Both the position numbers and the translations under genes were made by a program. Source: Candidatus Curtissbacteria bacterium (GTDB lineage Bacteria; Patescibacteriota; Microgenomatia; Curtissbacterales; GWA2-41-24). From it: a stretch of 38,807 bases of DNA. Positions 25,514 through 33,400 of this stretch are shown piece by piece. Below the pieces are notes generated by a model. It saw only the letters and a list, made by a program, of their open reading frames with translations. It searched no databases and was not told the origin of the DNA. The stretch lies in contig JAUYIQ010000012.1 of the NCBI GenBank assembly GCA_030688205.1, forward strand, positions 1 through 38,807. Reading direction: 5' to 3'. Numbering within the stretch: the stretch's first letter is position 1; each line of letters opens with the position of its first letter.

Positions 25514-27737
25514 AGCAATAATCTTTTTGATCGTCCAAAACTATGTAACTGGTATCAGTTTTGGTATTTTGGTCTCCCACCTCAATTTGTGTCTGGGTAT
25601 TAGTAAAGCTTGTTGCAGATTGCAAAATTATCACTCTCGCTGCTCTCACAGCCACATTTGCACCGACAGATGAAACAAAAACCTCACCTGTTGGGTAACT
25701 GCCGATGGCCGAAGTCCTAAATCTTGTAGCTGTTGTTGTACTGGCTGTGATGGTAATAGTAGTACTTGTATCGGCACTTCCCGAACCGCAGGCCGGCGAC
25801 CCACCGTTACCGCCTTTGGAAAAAGTTACGGTTTGGTCAGACCCGGCGGAATTTGTAGCCACTACTTCAAAATAATAGGTGCCGCCGGAAAATTTGGAGG
25901 TATCTACACATACAATTCCTACCGGTGCTGTCCCCGCCGCAGCTTCCTCATCAACTATATTAATCTGCTGCTCGACTTTCCGACTCCCTGCAGCAGCACT
26001 GGCATTCGGCACAAAAAATGCCAGATAATTTAGCAAAATCACAACTGTCAAAAGCCCCGCCAGAACCGATTTTGAGACAAACCGGAAATGCCTTCTGCGA
26101 CCCTCTATCTCCCTCCCCACAAGCGGCCTGTATGCAGAGGCAAAAGCGAAGGTACGCGGATTCAACTGATTAAAAGCTGATTTAGCCGAGTCGGCATAAT
26201 CGGCTGAAATCGGTTTACCCTGAGCATCGAAGGGCGGAATCGGCGAGCCACCGACCAGACGGCCGAAAAACTTTCCGAATCCTGTCCTTTCAGCAACGTC
26301 TGTAACTATTCCGGACTTTGGCGTTCTGAACCAAGGACCTTCATGAGGCTCCAGGAAACCTTTGATAGCAGCATAAGCCTGAAACGGCACGACTATATAT
26401 GAGATTAATATAAAAGATACTATTCCGGCATAGTCACGTTCGTCTGACTCCTCAAGAAAAAGCCCGACTATATTCATCAGAGGAAGCGCAAAAAGGTTGG
26501 TAAATACCAGTGACCAGCCAAAAGCTGCAGTCCAGAACGGCAGGCGGGCTCCCATCAAAGCTTCGGAAATGAACCACGCAAATGTACCGACAACAAAGAA
26601 AGCCGCCTGCAGATAGTAAAAAGCAAAATAAATAAACTCCATCTTCTCACTCAGTGTCATATTGGGAGATTTCATAATCCGGGGAAACATAACCTTGACG
26701 TTGTAGGAAGAACCTTCTGCCCAGCGCATACGCTGGCGGATTAAACGCTTAACGGTTGCCACTGCTTCGGCAGGCGCCTGAATATAAGGAGTAAACAGAA
26801 CCTTATACCCTGCCTCATAGAGACGAAGTGTAAGTTCAAAATCTTCGGTGATGGAAGTTCCCCAGCCGAATTTCCGAAGTACATCTGCACGAATCGCATA
26901 TACGCTTCCGGCAATTTGCTTCAAACCTCCATAAATCTGCTCGCTCGAGCGCTCAATAACGTAAGAACCCGCATATTCCGTACGCACTCCCCTTGTAACC
27001 CACGTCTGGGATTTATTCAGTACGTGCCACTGGTAACCCTGAACGGCAACGATGTTGCTTACTGCAGACCGCTTACCGCTTACCGCTAACTGCTCATTAC
27101 TGTCTGCTGTTTGCTGTAAGCCATCAGCATTTAGAACTTGAAACGTCTTCACAAACTGCTCGACGGTATCAGGATAAGGCACGAAGTCTGCATCCATAAC
27201 CACGATGTACCACGCTCTTCCGGAACTTCTCTCAAGCGCCTTGTGCAAAGCTGCCCCTTTGTAACCTGAACGCGAAAAGCGGTGAATAAGCTTAACTGTC
27301 GGAGCGTTAGTCTTTGTAAAGATGAAGTATTCAAGTTCAGGTTCCAGATTTCGGGTTTCAGATTCCTGTTTACCAATTTCTGGCACCTGATACCCGGTAC
27401 CCGGAACCTGAATCGTCCACCCACCATCCAAAAGCGTCTTTTTTGCTATCTCAGTCGTCTCATCATTGGAATCGTCGGCAATAATTACCTCGTAATTAGC
27501 AAACTGCTTACCGCTTACTGCATTCAGCTGTAAGCTGTCTACAAACCAGTTCTGCGACGTACATGCACGAATCAGCCTTTCAACAACCCGCTTCTCGTTA
27601 TAAAGAGCAACGTGGATGGAAACAAATGGTTTGGGTTCAATAATCTGAACCTTCTCCATGTTCATCAGAAGATGGTTAGGCTGAGACTTATCTCTGTTTG
27701 GCGAAATAACATTCTCAATAAACTTTTTTATACTCAT
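25434..27737 (-). CDS. Processive family-2 glycosyltransferase (cellulose/chitin/PNAG-synthase-like) with TM region and extracytoplasmic C-terminal repeat units
   Basis: Motifs VSIHVALYNEKRVVERL, IIADDSNDETT, GYKGAALHKAL, VVMDADFVP and QRMRWAEGS (QxxRW), followed by several TM helices. After the last helix, VEQQINIVDEE... and TQTQIEVGDQ... are homologous to cargo-2 units. Its ATG overlaps the upstream stop as ATGA (27734-27737). Confidence 0.85.
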   Translation of the reverse strand: MSIKKFIENVISPNRDKSQPNHLLMNMEKVQIIEPKPFVSIHVALYNEKRVVERLIRACTSQNWFVDSLQLNAVSGKQFANYEVIIADDSNDETTEIAKKTLLDGGWTIQVPGTGYQVPEIGKQESETRNLEPELEYFIFTKTNAPTVKLIHRFSRSGYKGAALHKALERSSGRAWYIVVMDADFVPYPDTVEQFVKTFQVLNADGLQQTADSNEQLAVSGKRSAVSNIVAVQGYQWHVLNKSQTWVTRGVRTEYAGSYVIERSSEQIYGGLKQIAGSVYAIRADVLRKFGWGTSITEDFELTLRLYEAGYKVLFTPYIQAPAEAVATVKRLIRQRMRWAEGSSYNVKVMFPRIMKSPNMTLSEKMEFIYFAFYYLQAAFFVVGTFAWFISEALMGARLPFWTAAFGWSLVFTNLFALPLMNIVGLFLEESDERDYAGIVSFILISYIVVPFQAYAAIKGFLEPHEGPWFRTPKSGIVTDVAERTGFGKFFGRLVGGSPIPPFDAQGKPISADYADSAKSAFNQLNPRTFAFASAYRPLVGREIEGRRRHFRFVSKSVLAGLLTVVILLNYLAFFVPNASAAAGSRKVEQQINIVDEEAAAGTAPVGIVCVDTSKFSGGTYYFEVVATNSAGSDQTVTFSKGGNGGSPACGSGSADTSTTITITASTTTATRFRTSAIGSYPTGEVFVSSVGANVAVRAARVIILQSATSFTNTQTQIEVGDQNTKTDTSYIVLDDQKDYCFDTTATSTTCSAASSSLLVSGTYSLF

Positions 27738-28672
27738 GCCCTACCTCCACTTTGTGCCACTCGCAAAACCATAAAAATACTTATGTAGTACTTCATGCTG
27801 AAGATAAAGAAAAATAGTCCAAAGAAAAGAGCAATAGAAGCAAAAGCTAAGCCAACCACAGATGTACCAGCTGAAGCCGAAGAAACCATTCTGAAAAAGA
27901 AGAAGGTTACAAGAAAAGGAAGAGACAAAATGGACAAAGCAGACAAACCGCGGCGAGGGTCAGTTACTATTAGCTTCGGGACAGAAGCAAAAGGCGCAAA
28001 CAAATCCCGCCACCTGTATACAGGCATTTCGGGCTGATACAGCGGAGCGACTTGGACAAAAGGCTCAACAAAAAAGGCTCCAACATGCAGCAACCTGCGG
28101 GCAAGCGTATTGAGGTTCTCACGCGACAGTAGATTTTGAATCCCGTGATGCCCGACACTGCCCCTTAACCTCTCGTGGAGACTCTTAACAGACAGGTTGG
28201 GATTGGCAAAAACCTCATCAATCACCAATCTTTCTTGATCTTTTGAAAGGGCGTTATAATGCAAACTTCCCTTTAGACGCTTACTGGCAAGGCCACCTTT
28301 ACCTTCCGCTTTATATCTTTTAAGCCACTTGTAACAAGTTTTTCTGGAAATACCGGCTTCCCTGCAAAGTTCTGCTATGCTTCCGTGACCCGCAAGTACC
28401 TTATTAACAAGAAGTGACTTGTCTCGAATGTTTAGGGCTTTAATCGACCTTCGGTCGCATTTGAATCTTTTATCTCTAAGCTTACTAGCAAGCAAATGCG
28501 GTGCAGCATCCTTATATATAGCAAGCCATTTATAAAAAGTTTTTCGGGAGATTCCAGCCTCACGGCACAATCTGGCTATTTTTCCGCCGGACCGGGCTTT
28601 TTTTATTAATGTTAATTTAGCCTCGGAAGAAAAATATGCCACAATTAAAGTGTTACCTTTATCGGGTATCAT
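27734..28672 (-). CDS. Membrane-tethered protein with tandem IS481-like HTH domains (candidate regulator), no transposase core
   Basis: Motifs ARLCREAGISRKTFYKWLAIYKD and AELCREAGISRKTCYKWLKRYKAEGKGGLASKR, plus a third HTH-like segment LSVKSLHERLRGSVGHHGIQNLLSR. The C-terminal ~90 aa are hydrophobic (LSILSLPFLVTFFFF, VVGLAFASIALFFGLFFFIF). ATG at 28672; the track uses TTG at 28678. Confidence 0.55.
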   Translation of the reverse strand: MIPDKGNTLIVAYFSSEAKLTLIKKARSGGKIARLCREAGISRKTFYKWLAIYKDAAPHLLASKLRDKRFKCDRRSIKALNIRDKSLLVNKVLAGHGSIAELCREAGISRKTCYKWLKRYKAEGKGGLASKRLKGSLHYNALSKDQERLVIDEVFANPNLSVKSLHERLRGSVGHHGIQNLLSRENLNTLARRLLHVGAFFVEPFVQVAPLYQPEMPVYRWRDLFAPFASVPKLIVTDPRRGLSALSILSLPFLVTFFFFRMVSSASAGTSVVGLAFASIALFFGLFFFIFSMKYYISIFMVLRVAQSGGRA

Positions 28673-29181
28673 AGTCAAATTTTTCTGGGGCTATTAAAAC
28701 AATAGGCCTATATAGTAAAAATGAGGCTAAAAGAGCATTAATTTTTATGCAACTATAAGTAACAAAACATACTACTATAAGATTAATATAATTAATTATA
28801 GGATGATAATTATTAATGGCTTGTCCTAATGGGCTAAACGTAAGACCTGTTTATCTCGCAGCCTATTAGCTGAATTAGCAAAATTGGTCATATCCCAAGG
28901 AGTAATGTACTCAAAAAACGCTTTAAAACCTCTTTTACAGCCTCTTGGTGGCTAATGAGAAAAAAATTGAAGATTCCTCTAGATCTATCTAGATTTTTTC
29001 ACAACTTATTGACTAAATATTTCACAGATATAATCTCATAACAAGACTCTGTAATAATCACTGATTAGCACAAATAAGATGAACATGTGCTTACTTAATC
29101 AATATATATCTTTTTATAATTTACTATAATTTGTAGAATCAGACACCAATTTCCGATACGGTCCTCTCTAACACTGTAGGC

Positions 29182-29763
29182 CTACAGCGATTTTTCCTCT
29201 AACACAAAACCATAAGCAAACCACCAGAAGAAAAACAGCCAGCCAATCACAGCTAAAAGTGAACCATAGTCGTGAACAATCGTCGCCGGCAGTTGACCAA
29301 AGTTGTAAGCCACAAAAATAACCAGCACAATTCTTAAAATATTGACCCAAAAAGTCCCCAGAGCGCCGATTAAAAAGGCCTTGAATTTGGATAAATTCGT
29401 ATATTTATTTCCCTGCAAACCAATGAATGCCGTGATGGCAAAGAAAAGAATTGATTGCCAGCCAATGCAGTTCCAGATAATCTCGGCAATAAAAGGTTGA
29501 TTATTCCCCAAAACAACATATTCACGGGTCACCGCCACCTCAACTCCCAAAAGCGCCAAAATCACTGCCGTCAGCCTCACTTCAAAAGGTACAACATACT
29601 CGCGAATCAAGTAGTAGCCTTTAAGGTTAATTACAATCCTCGTCAAAATGTCATTGAAAGTCGCCATTAGGGGAAAAAACATCAAAATTAGAACCAGAAT
29701 TAGAAAAAGGGTCACAAAGGTATTGCGGGAAACAGAAATTGTTCTAAATTTAGGCGCAATCAT
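29182..29763 (-). CDS. Exosortase/archaeosortase-family membrane protein (paralog 3)
   Basis: Motifs VPFEV, IIWNCIGWQS, VNILRIVLVI, VHDYGSLLA and FWWFAYGFVLEEK. Confidence 0.7.
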   Translation of the reverse strand: MIAPKFRTISVSRNTFVTLFLILVLILMFFPLMATFNDILTRIVINLKGYYLIREYVVPFEVRLTAVILALLGVEVAVTREYVVLGNNQPFIAEIIWNCIGWQSILFFAITAFIGLQGNKYTNLSKFKAFLIGALGTFWVNILRIVLVIFVAYNFGQLPATIVHDYGSLLAVIGWLFFFWWFAYGFVLEEKSL

Positions 29764-29765
29764 GA

Positions 29766-30431
29766 TTAAAAATTATCAGAGCTTACCATATCTTTTACCG
29801 GCCCCATAAAAGTATAACCGGTTTCATTTTTTCTGACGTCAACAGAAACGAGAGTAGTGGCTTTCAAAACCCCATCAATATATATCTTTTTACTACCTTT
29901 TCCATCATTTAAATCCCAGGAAACGCTAATACCGTGAGCAGACTCTAAGAAATTTGCGTCCAGTTCTACATCTGCTTCCCTGTGGTCATCTATACCGCCT
30001 GAGTCAAAAATATTAAAATGCACATCTTTTCCCTCTTTAATTAAAATTTGCAAAGCATTATTGTGATTCTCCAGATTAAAATTGCCTAAAAATAAAATAA
30101 GATCGGTGTTTTTTGCCCACGGTTGTGCTGCTAATTTAAAGCTGACAGTCCCCTTTTGAATGTCTATTTGCCCCTCGTTGCGATATAAATAGTTCGGCAA
30201 AGCCACAATATTTTTGAATTGACGAAGATCCAATCCTTTGTGAGGATCATTGCCGCGTAGCCCTTCTGAAGAAGCACCCTGCGGTTGTTGCACCGGCTCA
30301 ACCACCGGCTCAACCGGCTCAACGGAAAATGGTGCCGGCTTGCGATTTCTTAAATAAAAAAACCACACCGCAGCTGCAATTATCAGCAACAGCAAGGCAA
30401 TGACAACAACAAGCTTCCTTAAATTTTTCAT
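29766..30431 (-). CDS. Signal-anchored protein with Pro-rich linker and LamG/ConA-like jelly-roll domain (tentative)
   Basis: TM helix LVVVIALLLLIIAAAVWFFY and linker EPVEPVVEPVQQPQ. GTVSFKL..., LILFLGN and ISVSWDLNDGKGSKKIYIDGVLKA resemble LamG-type motifs. Its ATG overlaps the cargo-3 stop as ATGA (30428-30431). Confidence 0.45.
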   Translation of the reverse strand: MKNLRKLVVVIALLLLIIAAAVWFFYLRNRKPAPFSVEPVEPVVEPVQQPQGASSEGLRGNDPHKGLDLRQFKNIVALPNYLYRNEGQIDIQKGTVSFKLAAQPWAKNTDLILFLGNFNLENHNNALQILIKEGKDVHFNIFDSGGIDDHREADVELDANFLESAHGISVSWDLNDGKGSKKIYIDGVLKATTLVSVDVRKNETGYTFMGPVKDMVSSDNF

Positions 30432-33400
30432 AGGCGTTGTACCAGGTTCTTTTTCTTTTTCAACCTCGACATCAACCCATATGCCAGTGGTGTTGCCAAA
30501 AGTAGGTAAAGTGTCCTCTCCGGCACTGGTGCAAACTCAAAATTTGTTCCCTGACGTAAGACTACCCCAATCTGGCTGGTTCCGTAACCGGTCATAGTGG
30601 ACGAGATGTGGCCCAAATCGCCTGCCGTAAAAGCGTAAGAAGTCGAAGCACCCCAGCCCAAGAGACAAGCCGCACTGTTGCAATCGGCGAAGGTAATATC
30701 CCCATCGGTGCCGTCGAAATAGGCCACTTTGCAATCGCTGGCGGAGAGGCAATAGACACCAGGTACCGAGCTATCAATACCACCGCCAACGGCAGTATCA
30801 ATGTCTGTGATAGTTGGCGCTGAACAGGTGGCATCGTTACAATCGGCGAAGGAGACATCTTCTTCGTTCCCGTCAAAATAGACCACTTTGCAATCAATCG
30901 CTGATGGGCAATAGATCGAAGCTTGAGCCCAGAAATTACCGACAACATCGGTGTCGATGTCGTTAATTGTCGGCGCTGAACAGGTGGCATCGTTACAATC
31001 GGCGAAGGTGATATCCTGGTCGGTTGTATCAAAATAAGCGACTTTGCAATCGGTAGCTTGCGGGCAGTAGATCGAAGCATTAGCTGCGCTGCCAACATCG
31101 GTGTCGATGTCGTTAATTGTCGGCGCTGAACAAGTGGCATCGTTACAATCGGCGAAGGAGACATCTTCTTCGTTCCCGTCAAAATAGACCACTTTGCAAT
31201 CAATCGCTGATGGGCAATAGATCGAAGTCGTAGCAAAAGTACCAACATCGGTATCGACATCGGTCAAGGTTGGCGCTGAACAAGTGGCATCGTTGCAATC
31301 GGCGAAGGTGACATCTTGGTCAACATCGTCATGATAGGCTACTTTACAGTCATCGGCTGCAGGGCAGTAGATTGATGGGCGGTAATTAGAATTAACGGTG
31401 GTATCAATATCAGTAATGGTTGGCGCTGAACAAGTGGCATCGTTGCAATCGGCGAAAGTCAAATCCGTATCAGCGAGATCAAAATAGATTATTTTACAGT
31501 CATCGCCTGCGGGGCAGTAGATTGATGGTAGAGCATCAGCAAGCCCAACAGCAGTGTCGATGTCTGTGATAGTTGGCGCGCTACATGCGGCATCGTTGCA
31601 ATCGGCGAAGGTGACATCTTGGTCAGTTCTGTCAAAATAGGCCACTTTGCAATCGCTGGCGGAGAGGCAGTAGATTGAAGCATAAGCTGCACTACCCACA
31701 TCAGTGTCAATATCTGATGGAGTTGAAGTAATCATTGTCTCATCAGTTGTCTTAAAGTAGGCTTGGTCAGAACTATCCTTAATTGTATGGGCATATAAAT
31801 CGCCGTTTTCTAAGTCGTAGGTAATTGAAACCGACTCAAGCTCAGTCTCGCCGCTTGGCCAAGGAGCAGTTAGCGAACTCCAAGTGCTTCCGTTGAATTT
31901 ATAGAAGTTAGTAGCAGTCGTTCCGGAAACTGTCAACACCCATAAATTAGTATTGTCAGTGGTGACGGAATAAACATTATCGGTTACCGAAGCAATCGTC
32001 GCATTACTGGTTGTCCAACTGCTGCCGTCAAAAACTGAAGCCGAAAGATCGCCGTCCTGATAAACCATATGCAGATTGTTGCCAATGGTAACCAGAACAG
32101 GCCGGTCGCCGGCTGTCAGGCCGCTCGCGCTCGTAAAAGTAAGGCTATCCGCAAGCTCGACCCAGGGGTTGTTGTCCGTGGTCGACGTGTCGTTCTCCGG
32201 CAGGTCAGTGCCGGAGGCGTCGCCAATGCGAAGGCTAGAGTCGTGGGCAGCGGCAAACGGGTCGCCGCCCGTGCCCACCTCGATGACCAGGCGGTCGCCC
32301 GCGACGGTCGTGTAGTTGCCCGCCGCGCTCGTCGCCGTGAACTGACGGTTCGTCAGGGCGGCCGTTGACAGAGTTACGTTGTCCCGTGTAACAGCCAGGA
32401 CGGTCTTCCGGACGATGGAACCATCGGTGTTAACGATCCTGACGCCCAGGGCAGTACGCATGCCGTCCGCCACGAACGCCTTAAAGCCGCGAATCTGAAA
32501 CTTCAGCGCCTGCCCGCCGGTGATGGTCTGGCCGGGGGTGAGGGCGGCGCCCACGTACTGGCGGAAGAGGATGTCCTTGTCGGCGTTATCAGAGTCGTCA
32601 AACGCCACCGTGCTCATCGCCGAGGCGATCTTGGTCGTCACGGCGGCAAGGCGGGCAGCGATAGACACATTTTCCCAAGCTGCGTCGTAGGCGGGACTGA
32701 TGGCAGCAGCACCAGTCGAAGGTAAATAAAAACGGCTAGCACTGCCACTTTCGCCAGTAATATCAGTAAACGTACAGCCGGAAAAGGTCAGCTTAAAAAC
32801 AGCGACCTCAGTATCGGTTGAGGTATCAGAATAAGCCACATAAACAGTTCCGTTATCGGCAACGGCAACTGAAACCGTAAAACTGGTCGTGTCTATTGAC
32901 CCCTGATCGGCTGAAGTACATTTTGTTCCTAAAGTATCATTGGCGGTATTGATGGTATTAACCTCAATCGCATCGGAAGAGTCGTCAATCCAGGCAACGT
33001 AAATGGTATTACCCTCTAACCAAACGGAGGGATTGTAATTGTCGGTGTCTGTCGTATCAACTGTTTGAGATGATAGCCAAGTTGTTCCCCCATCGGTTGA
33101 CTTTTGATAGTAAATTTGACAACCGTTGGTTGAGGAACAGGTATCTCCGCTAACGCCATTGGTATAAAAAGCATAAAAAGCTCCGCCGACAGGTTTTAGC
33201 GGCACTCCGATTGTTCCCCAGTTGGCAGTGGCAGCCAAACCCCACGACATTGTTACCGTACCAGCTCCCTCCTCTGTACTACCAGCACCAGTAGCCTCAA
33301 CACCCTGCTGTACGTTATAACGCTGTGTTTGACCTGCTCCCACTGAAGAAACCGCTACAGACTCCACACCAACCGCATCTATAACCATTTCACCTTTCGC

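Larger units (their letters stand above)
30665..31714 (-). repeat. Array C: seven in-frame ~44-48-aa 4-Cys repeats (D[IV]DT.V....SIYC....DCK[VI].YFD...[DE]D[VIL][TS]FADCN.A.C)
   Basis: I counted seven repeats by hand in the translation. Consecutive units are nearly regular. Confidence 0.85.

Noticed and set aside
29174-29187. Perfect 14-nt palindrome ctgtaggcctacag at the sortase-3 stop as a rho-independent terminator
   Set aside because: The stem would be only about 5 bp with a 4-nt loop, it overlaps the stop codon, and no U-run follows on the minus-strand transcript.
30665-31714. Regular ~132-144-nt periodic repeats that a repeat finder might flag as a CRISPR array or satellite
   Set aside because: The repeats are in frame within a long ORF and encode a conserved 4-Cys protein motif. 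The 'spacers' are as conserved as the 'repeats' at the protein level. No cas genes or leader are present.
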